Part shown: positions 38,205 through 51,372 of the stretch, one piece after another
Numbering within the stretch: the stretch's first letter is position 1
Layout of the letters: each line of letters begins with the position of its first letter
Origin: Ascidiella aspersa
Lineage: Eukaryota
Direction of reading: 5' to 3'
NCBI GenBank assembly: GCA_963924565.1
Contig: OZ004610.1
Coordinates: 2,418,001 to 2,482,000, forward strand
Length of the DNA: 64,000 nucleotides
Translations under genes and position numbers: made by a program
The notes under the pieces: generated by a model
Databases searched by the model: none
Seen by the model: only the letters and a program-made list of their open reading frames with translations
What the model was told of the DNA's origin: nothing

Positions 38205-39373
38205 CTTTAGGGGATCGCCAGTAAGGCTACATTAATATAACACAAAGTGCTTTTCTTTCAAAATAGTACTTTTCCTCCTTTCGACAAAACTAATGCAAAA
38301 CAAAACCCTCAATGTGCACATCACTTGAAGAATGTGGGGCAGGAGCTCAGATAACGAGAAATGTTTTGGTTAACAGAGTGAAGCCTAACGCCTAAAGGTT
38401 AGTTGGAAGAAATTAAGGGGTTGGCTGACTTTAAAGTTTGGAAAGCGCTCTTTCAACGTGACAGCAGTTTACACTTGGCCGACTTACATTGTGTTTTCAA
38501 CACCTTATCTCCGCGCGATCTCGCGTCGCCTTACCCCAAAGAAAAACCACCGGCTTTCAACATTATTTGACCCATATTTCACCCTCTCTCACCCCTTTCA
38601 CCCAGCGCGGAGCGTCGCCTTTGAAGCGGCAACCCCCTAATCCATTTATAGGTCACAATGGAATGACAATGGCTTAACAATGGCCCGAACAAACGGCGCG
38701 ATGTCGAGGCCTTGGGGGGGCTTAGAGTGCGACCACATGTCGGTTGCGCCTCGCCGCGCGCGCCTCGCTTGTTAGCGAACAAAGCGGCGATTGTGACGTT
38801 GCGTTGATGGAAAGCATAAACATCAACATTTGGCGACTTGTTACTTGAACTACACTACGAAAAAGGTTGCCACAAACTCTTGGAATCTTTAAATGTCTGA
38901 TTTTTGTCTTTGGATTAATTTGCGTTATGAAAAGTTTTTGAAAAAATCTTTGAAATGCTGAGTCTTTGAATGTATTTTATTTTCCAAACATCAAACAAAG
39001 TTATTTACACCTCTTTTTAAATACAATAAAACTTAACAGTAGGTGAATTTCAGATTCCTCTATTTACCCGGCCCGTCAAGACATGTTTTGTTTCTAGTGC
39101 GACCTACTGTCATAAATAAATATTATTGACAGTTTATCAATGTAATAGGGAATTTTTAATCAGAGTTTAAAAAACAAGGTGCTGAAAGCTTAAAAACCTT
39201 AAAATAAGTTCTCAAAACGACACTTGTGACCTTAAGTGTTTTGGAAAACATTGAAAAAAATTGTGCAACTAATTTATTTGTTAAATGCTGTCATAAATAA
39301 TTTCCCACCCTTATACACTAATATCCTCTTTGTCGGTCGTTTTCGCTCAACCTTTGTTTCTTTACACACACAG

Positions 39374-39557
39374 TTCGGAGCCTTTCGCACCGCGGACTCA
39401 GACTACCTCATTCAGCCGGAAGACCCCACCATAGAGTCCTCCGGAGACGAGGAACAGGATCGGGATGCTGAAGAGGGAACAAAGCCTCATCGCATCTTCA
39501 AAAGGACTTCTCATCACGCCAAAAAAGCCGCTAAGAAGGAGATTTGCGCCTTCAAAG
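39374..39557 (+). CDS. ADAMTS9: ADAMTS9/20-like protease, coding exon 3 (propeptide)
   Basis: Acceptor ...cacacacag. FGAFRTADSDYLIQPE...KPHRIFKR...EICAFK continues the CxGLxGxFxxxxxxYxIxP / PHxIxxR pattern. Donor AAG|GTGAGC, phase 1. Confidence 0.92.
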
Positions 39558-42500
39558 GTGAGCCTATACTGTGTGCATTACTGTTGTGACGTCATAAAAG
39601 GGTCTGTTACGCAAGAAGGGTGACTAAGTTCTCGAACGCGGTCTATTGTTAGATGTGCGTGTCGGTTTAAGATTGTTTTCCACACTAGTAAGTGTAGTTC
39701 CTTTATTATTAATGGGGTATAATGTGATTCTTAGGGTTTTGCAATATTGGTTTCAAGAATTGTGTTGTTTTTCCTAAAAATGTACCTAAAATGAAAGGCT
39801 GTGTAATATTGTCTCACAGAAATCACACCACACTATGTATAGAAAGCTATATTAATATATGCTGTTATTGATTTAAATGGCCTTGAAATTAAATACCAGT
39901 GTTTCTCCCTTGGCGAAAAAACATCACCTTAAACCGTAACCATTGGTTAGTGCACAAACTCTAAAGCCACGTCAAAATTTTAATGAACCGTACCAAACTC
40001 CACGCAATGTGTCCGCAATTGTACAATTACAGATGTTGTTTTTGAACCGGCAATATGTTTCGCCTCAGTATTATCCTCAATGCGCGCGGCAGTTTGCTTT
40101 GAACCTCCTAAACTCAAGTCCATTAATCGGACCATTACCACGCCGAGGCTTAACCACATCAAACAACAGAACCCCCCTCAACCCCCAGAAAATATTGATA
40201 AAGTCCTTCCGGAAAACTCGTTTGAAGCTAAAAGCTGATAAGGCGTGCTAATCGCTTCGCAGCGCCAAAGCAGACAAGACCCCCTTTTCACATCCGCCCT
40301 TGCATTGTGACCCGCCCCAGACCGCAGACCCCAGCTTAAGTGGCCCCTGCATAGTTCCCTTTGTAGGCCCCACCCTTCGCGACCCTCTTTTGGCGGCCCC
40401 AGGGTATGCGGGGGTCTGTTTAGGGGATCGATGCGTGACTGTTGCTTTACGCTTGGGTGGTTTACGGCCCCCCTGTATACTTGCGTTTTTTTCTCAGGGG
40501 AAACATCTTGTCGACAAATTTGATAGATTCGACAATTTTAAATATGTAATGTGTAGATGTTTTATTTGAAAATTTGTGTATTTTAAAACATTTAAATGTG
40601 TCAATTTAATCGAGAGGTCTCAAGATTACATTTATTTTCTAATTCTTGCCGTACAAACAAAATGTAACTTACAAATTCTTGATAATTATGAAGCATTAAT
40701 AATAAACCGCCCATAGAAGGCTTTCTAAGTTAATGTATTTCATTAATTTTAATTACTGATGTCTTTATTTGGAAAAAAATATATATTGGACTAACGGTGA
40801 CATTTTGAAAGATATATTTAAAAAAAGTTCAACTCATGATAACGATTAAGAAAAAACACGTCAATGTGGGATGCTAAATTTTGCTAGAAATTAGATCTCC
40901 ACTTTTAAAAACAGTTTAAATCCACTCGCAAAACCAATTTCCCTTTGCTCGATGACCTTCAGGTTTGACCCCAAAACTGGGAGAGTCGGCGGAAGAATTT
41001 TGATCCCGTGGTCAGATTAAGGTATCATTCCGCCGGATCGAGTTGCATTAACAAAGCGAAGAGGCGTTTTGCGGACAGCCGGGGGATGATATAGGGCTGT
41101 AAGGGGAGATTGGTGCGTGTTATGAGAAGTAGCAAGTGCCCTAGAACCGGATACCTCAAATGACACCGCGGCTTAGACTTAAAGTAACACAAATACATAT
41201 TTGCCACAAACCGCTGCCAATTCTCGTTTGTCTTATTAGAGAATTTGTCTGTACCGGGTTATTTTTACGCAGTTAATTCGGTAGGAGATTTTGTTCTTTT
41301 GTTAATTATAAATGCAGCTTTGTATTGGCTTGGCTTAAGTGCACTTAAGTCAATGTTAAAAATTACTTGACTTGAGTTTTTTAGGCAAAATTCCTTGACT
41401 TGACATTTTTAGGACAAATGACTTGGAATTAGGGTATTTAAGGCAATGACATTATATTGGTAAATATGGATTTTTAACCAAGATTTAGCAACAGCAGTTT
41501 ACTCGTAATGTGGTGCGAATAAGACCTGAATAGCTGAATTGCTTTTTGCACTGTAAGCCTTTTTTGTGCCTGTGAAAAATTGTTCGGCACTTTTAAAAGC
41601 AGACGGCCTTTATATTTCTATACTGTTAGCTTAGCGGTATAAAAATCACGAGATCGTGGTAATAAAAGTTTGCCTATAAATTAGCAACGCATACTGCCCC
41701 CTGGGTCGCTATTACTTTCAATTCGCGCGGTGTGAAACCTATATAATACCTTCAGTACACAATTGAAACAAAATGTAGCTCCAGTAAATCGGATTGACTC
41801 AGGTGCGACATAATAGCGGTCTACTTACGAGCATTAGGGTGAACGACCTTGCACAATACACCACTGCTGGTAACTCTCAAGAAATCCGCTTCTTTTAAAC
41901 GACCTACAATCCCGAGTTATTCTCGTGCGAGCTACAAAAGACCTGCAGCGGGTACTCGGCTGGTACCTTGACCCTTGCCTTGTGACGTGACAGGCGGGCC
42001 ATTGTGACGCGGACCAAGTGTGGCATTGTGACCAACAATCGCGCTGCTCAATCGTAACTGGTTTCCGTTTCGTGAGTTACAAGCTGCAGTTACAGCTAGC
42101 AGCAAACACTAGGCCGGTGTAGCTCTTTGCGATGACTGGCCCTTTAAGTACGTCAAACCCATCTAGCGTGCCTTACACTGGACATTCCTTCATCGTATAA
42201 AACTGTGGAAATAGCCAGGCGTTTTTTCTGGAAAAAATGGCCTTGTTTGGCCGTTCGCACGCCATTCGCTATTTACACTATTTGAAATGCTATACTTTTG
42301 TGCAATCGCTAAAAGCGAACTTGTTTAAAATTATTTAAAATATTGGAACAAATTTTTAGTTTCCAGAGCAAAAATGGGTAAAATTGTTGGACGTTTTAAA
42401 CAAAACCTCGCTCTTTCAGCAATTACATTGTTTGTATAGCTGTTTTTTTGTACCACATACGTCATGACGGTGTTTTTACGTCGTTTTGTTAAAAGCAAAA

Positions 42501-44913
42501 ATAATTTTAAGTGTTTCACTTATTTATCAACAAATGTCTCGGGCGAGGGCCTAAATGCGAAATTGGCCTGCGGATGATACGAAAATATCTCACGCGTGGA
42601 TATATTAGAAAAGCGTACGATTTAACCAAGGAAATTCCAGCGGTAACGAGCTTGTCTTACGACGCTTGTAATTTTCCCCTTTTCTGCTGAACCTTTTTTT
42701 TATCTTTTTAACGGCGAAACACTCTTTGACATCGACTAACGCAGTAAACCTTAAAAATATGGCCTATATCTTGTGTTTTTTAGTAAAATACAGAAATAAT
42801 TACCAGGCCGAGCGAAAAAATTGAATTTAATAAAAAAAAAATTTTTTTTTTTTGGAAAAATGTGTTTTTTCTTATTATTTGTGTTCGTACAGTGTTGGCC
42901 TTCATAACGGATTCTCATATAAAGATATATCAACAAAATACCTTTTTACCTCCGGTAATGCTCAATACCAGTTATACAACGGATTTGATTAACTTCCGGA
43001 AAAATGCAAGGCAACTTGCCCAGAGAAAAGCGTTTTAAAACCTCCTTAAAGTTGTATATTTAGGTCCCCGGTGATGAATTGAGTTTGCTGTGCAGCTCGT
43101 TAATTCGTGTTCGGTGAGATTTATTAGCTTGAGCTCTGCGTTTAATCGATTTCACGCTTTTGAGCAAACCTAAAGCTTAACTGAAATTAAATCTGAATGT
43201 AACTTTTGAAGTTCTCGGTTAACAATAAATCAAAACTGGACTGGTTAGTTTAGTTTAGCTGTTGTGTTGTTGCATCTCTTATACGTTTAGTTCGAACTTA
43301 AATAAAATCCCCTGTGTTTCAAAACGATTGTCAGTGTAAGCTTAGCGGAGATGCTCAACTTAAAAACAAGTGATCAAAACTAAACCGTGTGTTTTACCAC
43401 AGTTAAGAAAAGATTTCTAATGACTGCGAATTACTTAATTAACTTAAAACTTTAACGCCCAGCTTTTTGTTGAAACAAACTTTTTTTAAGGTCATTTTTG
43501 AGCTCTTTCGTTCCTGGTTTAGGAAATATCAATAATTATATGGCGTACTTGCAAATTTGCCCACTTTAAAACCAAAACAGTGCTTATGGTGTGAGTTGCA
43601 CAACGCTACAACAGTAAAAGTCAATTTTTTCTTCCCAACTTAAATTTTACACCTGATTTACGTTAGAAAAAACAAGCGCACGTCAAACTAAAGACAGGAA
43701 ATCTCTAGGAAACAGCAAGCAAACATTGCTCAGCGCGTGAGTTACTGTCTCTTAACGAGCGCTTTCCTTACAAATTGACCCTTCTCACCGGATGACGTAA
43801 TTACAAACGCTGCATGACGTCAGCCTAACAAATGACGTCATGTGGCGAGGCTTAATTAACGGCGCCGCGTTCAAACAAACAATTCCTAATTTCGCTTTTC
43901 CGATCAAACAAAAGCCACAAAAGATTTACTGTAGCAGCTAGTCTTTAAGTCGCCCTTTTTTCCCTTACGTCACACGTTACGTCATAGAAACGTCACCGAG
44001 TGATGTATCTGTGACAAGTGTAATCCCGGCCCATTGAGCTTGTCTCCGAAGGTTTGAATTTGAGCAGGCCAGTGTTTTCGTTCTGATCTAAATTCGTTCG
44101 CTCCGGTGTCTAACTAATGGGTAACGCTAGAAGGCGATTTGACCTCCATGTTAAGTCTGATTATTTGAAAGCGGAAATTTCAAAGCGATTTTTCCTTCTA
44201 CTGAAGCGTGAGGGTCAAGTTTAACTTTACGAAATAAAAAAAACATTTTTTCAGCGGCTTTATGCCTGTCGATCAGTGCTTTGGTCGAGGTGCGTGATAA
44301 TCCCGCGTTTCTTTTGTTTGCCAGCGATATTTTACCCTTATGTTAATTGGGTGCAGAATGACACACTACCGGCGCGACCCCACAAAAGGGGTAACTTTTA
44401 GGGGTGTGCGGGGCAAAGGGGGGATTAGTCTTCAAACCGCCCCGCAAAACTTAACCGCGCAAAAGGGACCCACAACACTGGGTGAACTCATAGACCCCCC
44501 CCCCCCCCCATAATAAAATGCTCATTTATGGCATAGCATAATACTCTAGCAAAGCTAGCATTTAAGATAAGACACTACTAAAGTATCTTAAAATATATAT
44601 ATATTTCGCCAGCAAATGCATCGTCAGTATATCTTAATTCCGTGGGTCTTTTGAAGGGGTCAGGGTAATTTTCATTATCACATATTCAGTGCTACAAGAT
44701 ACGATATCACCCCGCTTTTGTGGGGTCCCCGATTTTCAAGTCACCCCGCAAAGTTAGGGGTATCGAGCCCCCAGACAAAAGAAACTAACCCATACTTCGT
44801 TCTCAAAGACACACACATAGGGCCCCCTGTATAGGAGACCACCCATACAGTCAACAGTTCGGTTGTTGCCGAGCAATCATGTTCCTTGTACCTCGCCCAT
44901 CCGTCGGTGCGTT

Positions 44914-44960
44914 TACGTGCGTGTGTGCGTGCGTGTGTGCGTGCGTGTGTGTGTGCGCGC
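44914..44960. repeat. (CGTG/TG)n microsatellite; 47 nt of alternating purine-pyrimidine
   Basis: tacgtgcgtgtgtgcgtgcgtgtgtgcgtgcgtgtgtgtgtgcgcgc. Confidence 0.9.
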
Positions 44961-47900
44961 TGTAGCTAGGGCTTTGTTTATATAGGATCAGTGGAATGGT
45001 TGCGGTTAGGTTGGCCGCCGCTGATTGCTATCCCCTTCTTACATCAACAGTTCTTCGTTCCCTCGGATTTCGCCGGTTTTCCACTCTATATTTCAACCCG
45101 CCTCATAGCGCATAAATTCGAGCTTTCGATTTACGTTAAGGCAGTTTTCCGATAAGCGTTCAGTAATCTTTTTGCTACGCGAACGTCATTTTTTTCATCT
45201 TTAAAGTTTTACTTTTTAATTCTACTTTTTAAACGGTTTAGGGTCGAAGTTTTGATTTTTCACTTTTTAATAATAAGGTAAAATAAGGTGTCTGCTGAAA
45301 TGTGTTTTTTTAGCAGTTTTCATTTCCTTTTCAAGGCAACTTATATCTGGTATTTTTATTTTAAACCACCTCCGACTGAATTACGCCAGACTTTAAGCTT
45401 ATAAGAAGCGTGAAAGTATTTTAGTAAAACTTGAAAAATTTTGTCAGAACTGTTGTACTCTTGCCATTTCGAAAATCCTTTTCATTTGGAATTTCAGAAA
45501 CCTTTTCTAAGCCATCTATTTGAATCATTTGTCGGACATCGACGATATTTGCAAATAGCCACGTATTTGTCTAATTCTAAATAGGGTAATCAGGTGGCAC
45601 GTAAAGACGAACAGAGTTGTCGAGAATTCAATACAAGCTGTCTTTATAAAGAGCCGCCTGATAGCCTACTGCGTCGAGTGGACGACGTATATATAATATA
45701 TTAATATTAATATCGTACGCAACTGAAAACGTTTGTTACATTCTTTACAGAAGCTGGAAATAGTCCATTTTTTCAGCTGTTCAAGCCAAGCGCGTGAGTA
45801 GCTTAAACGTGGCAGGCCCAATCCCCAACAAATATTTGGACAGCCCAAAGACCTTCCCGTAACACGTGTAACAACCCCCCGACAAACCCCAAGGGGTTCT
45901 GGGTGATGGGGGCACACCGCGCACCCCTTTCATCGCCCCAGTAGAACCACATAGCGCGCATAGTTTGGGGTTGCTTGGGTAAGTAAGGGGGTCTTTTTGG
46001 GGGATTGCGGTTGTAATTCGGGGCGGAACTCTTTGTGTGAACATCCGCTGAGTTTGTTTTGTAAATCTGCTGAAAAAATATCAAAAACGCGTCGGTATGC
46101 TAGCCACCGTATACCTGTAAAAGTGCGACATAATTCTTCCACTAGTAGGCAGGGAATTTGTTAAACTAGAGAAAACTTGATTGATTTTTATAACCATACT
46201 TCATTCCTATTAAACGGGAAAACATAGAATATTTTCCCTAAAAAGCATCAAATTGACCTTTTTGTGGGTAAATGTCTACTTGTTAAAAATCACATACACC
46301 TTTTGTCCAAGATTCAATCAAAATTCTACCTGCCTTTAGCACTGTGTTCAACAAAATAGCGGCATCCATGTGTAGGGGTGACGGTGCGGCTTGACGAACA
46401 GTCCCTTCACCCACTTTCACCCACCACGGGCCCCTGAGGGGTCCCATGCAGCGAAGCGGCAAGCGTTGCATTCCTTTGCCCAGAGATCAAAGGGCGGGAT
46501 TTGTTAAGCTTCGCTCAGCTTCAAAGTGCCTTGTGCCTAGTGTAAACACTTTCGACGTTTGTCAAGTCGCCCACTGCAACCGACGGTTCTGCTGCTACTT
46601 GCAACCGCATTTTTTTCCCGTTTATTTTGGGGAAAGTCGGTGTAGGCTTTAAAACTGAGATTGTACAACTTTTTCGGGCCGCTGTTTTAACCTTTTGAAA
46701 GTAATAAGCTTAATCTATTCCTAGCGCTATTTTGCATAACAAAATGGTTTTACTCGAAATACTAAAGTCAAGTTAAGCCAAAACAGTCCCGAGTGCCGGC
46801 TCGACCGACGAGTTGGACAAGCGACGAGTATACGAGTCGAACGAGTTACTCGGCATCAAATAGGGCGAGTTGTTGTTCTTTTGGTCGAGTAAGTTGTGGT
46901 GAGTAGATGAAGGCGAAGTGAACGATTTGCAATTTTCGGTAGAGCTATAAAATAAAAAGATTCCGCTTAGGATAAGTACACTCTCACTTCTTGTCACCGT
47001 ATACAAACTGTGGCAAAGAAAGAACATAACTCACACGGTAGCCGGCGTTTTAACTACGCGTTATTTTTAATAAACACCCAAAAAGCTAACCGCGTATTAT
47101 ATAGGTACGTCTACCACAGGTTGAGAACCAATTCCAAAGTAACCAAACATACTGACAACCATAATATAAAGGTGATTGCTTATCTAGGTCTCAAAGGAAG
47201 TGGCGTTTATCAGACTAAACCAAAGTTCCTCTTCGTTTATTTGTTTGTAGAGGCCTTACTTTTGCCAATCCAACCAACGTTGAACGCGTGGCGCTGCGAG
47301 ACAAAGCCCTCTCTGACTCACGTATGCAATCCGGTGCAGGGATGCCTGTCAGTTTGACGTGCATTGTAAACTGCGTTTGGGCGTTAGATTTACGGTTGGA
47401 AGTTTTTAAGGCGAATGCGCAAGAAGTTTGACACCAAATTGATATAATTATTCAACAAACAATTTTTAATTTTGATTTGCATGTTAGTCCAAAAAAAAGC
47501 AGGACAAAAAACAGGACAAACTTTGTTGTAACAAACACTCCACAACCTCGAGAAAAGATTTGTTACTTGTAAAAAATCGTTCATGGAAACTCTTAAGATC
47601 TTTAGAGCTAAACCTTTTGAATAGCAAAAAACATTCGAGCCAAAGATTCCAGACAAACATTTCAGGCTTAACATTCTCTCAAACAATTTAAAACTACACA
47701 GATATCGTTTTAAAAATACTAAACGCCTTGAGCAAAGAATGTAATTCACAATATTGCGAACAACAATCTCTCACTTCACCAAAAAAGCAATACATAACCC
47801 TCACCAAAAGCACCCTACAACAAAATCATTACTTTGCCAAAATAACTCATAACTTTTACCATTGCAATGATCAACGACTAACGACCTTGCAGACGAACTT

Positions 47901-48495
47901 ATGACCTTGAATAGTGGTCAAGTGGTTACCCTTGAGATCCAAACAAACACTCAACGTTCGATTTGTCTGCTTTGGTTCCCGCTCTTTTCTAGAGGTCATT
48001 CCAAGGACACGCGTGGCGTCTCGGCCCATTTTCCAATCCATGACACGACAGGCCGAGAAATGGGGACCACCCAAACACAAAATTGCCCCCCTCCCCCCAA
48101 ACAAAAATCTTCGTGCCAAGATTGCTGCGCTTGCGGTTTCGGGTTACGACATTGGTACAAATTACAAGGCCCGTAAAACCGCCTTAAAATCGATTTAGAA
48201 AAACTCAATTTGTTTTATAAATATAGTTTAGGTTGGTTTGGAAAGTAAAGTTCAAATTTCTGACGCGTTCGACGGAGAAAAAAACCCTCGTAATCCCCGA
48301 ACCTTGTAATTTATGTAAAAGCCTCCTCACATCTGCTGTAAAACACACCTGTAATTAAAAAATTCAAGTAAAACGAAAAACAAAGATTAAATCACTGTAC
48401 ATTTGCGACAGTAACGGTTTGTTAGCTCACCAACTTAACAATTTTGTGCTTTTTTCGTTACATTACTAACAGCAAAACTATTTTGTCCTTTTCAG

Positions 48496-48983
48496 AATCT
48501 TCCAAAAAATCCGGCTCCAAATCTTCGGGAAGCTTCGACGACCAAATCATCCACGATCTGCACAAGCTCGCTCGATCCGAAAAGAAGAAATCGCGCGCCC
48601 ACGTCATCAGTGACGTCAGGCGAGCGACGCACGACGCCAGGAGGCGACACTCGCGCCTTACGTCACGTCTACGTCACCAAATGGTCACCATGGTTACCGG
48701 AGCGAGCAAAAGAAATATCCTGAGGACTATAGCCGCGTCGAGGCAAAGTATCCCCAAGGTCCTGACCATGTCGAAATCGGTTCGGAAAAACGTGGAAGAT
48801 GACGTAGGAACGAAGAGGAGCAAGGAGCAGGTTGGGAGCAAGAGTGGTAAAGAGTGGGAGCACTCCAGGAGGAAGCGCTACATCTCCTACCCGAGGAACA
48901 TCGAAGTTATGGCGACTGCTGATAACGCAATGACGCGGAACCACCGGGACGTCGAGCATTATGTGCTCACACTCATGGCAATT
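48496..48983 (+). CDS. ADAMTS9: ADAMTS9/20-like protease, coding exon 4 (end of prodomain, furin site, start of M12B domain)
   Basis: Acceptor ttttgtccttttcag, phase 1. RRKR|YISYPRNIEVMATADNAM...HYVLTLMAI resembles the ADAMTS9/20 RxKR|xxSYPRxxEVxxxAD junction. Donor ATT|GTGAGT, phase 0. Confidence 0.93.
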
Positions 48984-51211
48984 GTGAGTCACTTCGACTA
49001 TTGTGACGTAATGTTGTGCTAGTTTTACCTAACTTTAGTTTTATGTTGGATTTTAGATGATTCGGGAATCATTCGGCTTATGTCATGGATCTAGATTGGT
49101 TTAAAGATGCCACTTTAAAAGTGGTTTATAGGCTTATTTTTATTTTTTTTAATCGTTTGAAAGTAATGCAGTTGCTAGGAAAAGATTATGTCTCAGATTT
49201 TTTTCAAAAAATTAAGTAAGTTATGTCTTTTTAAGAACAGTAGGTAAATTGAAAAAAGTCAGGTCTATTCTCGGAAAAATGGTATTCGAAGTTAGCACTT
49301 TAGTTTCAGCTATAACTAAAATCATGTTGCATTGAAAATACATTATAATTTTTTAATCTTGAAAATATCATAACATTTAAGTGCTTGAAAGCTGTTACTT
49401 ACTTCAGCAACCAGCTACTCTTCCAAAAACCCGTTTTGTTCATTTCAAACACCTTCAGTCGACCTGGAAAATTCGCCACCGCAAACTGCTAATCCCGTGC
49501 GCCAGCGTACCGCAAGCCGTGCTAATCCCATGCGCCACAGTGGCGCACAAATCACGCGGTCGCGCGTTCCCAGAAGCGCCCCGGCCGGCGCCGGTTGTGA
49601 GGTCACAATGCCGGCAACAGTCGGCCATTGTGACGCTGCAATGCCAATCAATTGTTACTACACAATGCGCATTGTGCAAAACGCCGCGCGGTTTCGAAAT
49701 GGGCGGCTTGGCTGATATCTTATCGCAGTGTAAGAGGACGTGAGGCCGCCGCTGCTAGATAAGGCCCTGTATGCCAATGCTTGTGTTGCTGAGCCGTATG
49801 CTTAGGTTGGGCATTACTGCTGTTATCCCTGCAATGCTCACACAATGGAGGCTGGGCATATAAAGGGTGATCGAATAAATAAACTTAGGAAATAATCCAC
49901 GGATATTTCGCCTCTTTCTTTTAAAAAAAAATCAAGTACATTATCCTGTTGGTCAAAACAACTATAACTGCCATTTTATCGACTAGCACTTTTCTTAGTA
50001 GTTAAAATAATGTGTCAAACCTCAATTTCGGACGTATGAAGCAAAAATCGGTACCTACAGTAATGTTATTTTAAACAGGACTTTTATATTTCCTATTGAG
50101 TGCAAAAAAGTTCATAAAACCTCATGGCCCACCTAGACATTCCCGCATTTCTCAAAACTTGTGGTTTCCCAAATTCTCGGCAAACCGTTTTTCCAGCATC
50201 ACCGCCCGTCGCTTTCCAATCTCTAATCTCGAAAATCGAATCGACGCGAGGTCAAAGTCTATTTCCACCCTCGGAAAACGATGTAAAAGTATAAACAGAT
50301 AAACAAGCGCGCCCAAGCCGATAACAATGGGCGTAGAGGGCGATTTTTAATCCGTGTTTTGGCCGCGCGCGCGGTTTCTGTTCTCGGTAATGTTTCCTTA
50401 AACCCGGTGCAACTTATTCGTTGTTTTGTTTTAAAACTAAGCTTTGGTGGCTTTTCGGCGCGTAGAGTTTGTAAATAAACTCGATTTTCGCAGGAAAATT
50501 TAAGTTAAAACAGCAGAAGAGTTTTTTTACGAAACTACATTAAAAAATTAACTGTTTGACTCTGTTACTTTCTCTATTAATTATAAAACCTTTATGACGT
50601 CGACAAGAAATATTGTGAAAATAGAATGTACGAACGTCGAACAATTTAACCGAAAAAAATCTGCCAATAATTTTGTTTCATTAATCACACATTGAACAAT
50701 AAAACCAACATACAAGAAACCATTCCATCAAAGTTGCCATGGCCTTAACACCCGCTCCTGGCCATATTTTAGTTTTTTATAAAAAAAAAAAAAAAAAACA
50801 ATGCTCCAGTTATAATTTAGATTAATATTATCCACATCACAAAAAATGACCAGAAATCTTATTTGCCGCGTACTAATCCTGCTAGAAAGTGTCAACCACC
50901 GCCGAAGCCTTTCCAAATGCGATTACCGCTCTCCGATTGGCAGATATTTACAATGGGATAAGGCACACGTCACAAACGATTCGTTCTATTTCCGCATCGC
51001 GCGTCTCTGAGCCAAAAACCTGTCTCGTACCGAACTGAGGAGAACTTCATTAAGGCCTTAAATAACTGGCGTCCGGTTATCTAATTAAAATGAAACACGG
51101 TTACTCATCTAAGGTGGTTTTAAAACGTGAAATTCAGTAGTTTAAAATTCTGTTTCTCTGAAAAGCTTTGCAAGGCCATTTTAAAACATTTATTTTGAAA
51201 AAATTTAAAAC

Positions 51212-51372
51212 ACAATGATTGGAGGTTGTAGTTGGACGTAGAATACATATCAAATCCCACACAGAAGTAGGTGGCATTTTGAACGTTTTGAATAAATCCT
51301 TATTTATTTTCAATAAAGAGTTATTCCTAACGGTAAAAATGATACCTACTTCTGTATGGGATTTAGGATTCT
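51212..51372. mobile_element. Hammerhead mini-element, fold-back copy
   Basis: Full forward unit followed by inverted aataaagagttattcc...aaaatgatacctacttctgtatggg. Confidence 0.65.

Noticed and set aside
49790-49825. GAGCCGTATGC resembling group II intron domain V
   Set aside because: No GNRA loop or matching 3' strand (CGTACGGTTC), and no other intron domains.
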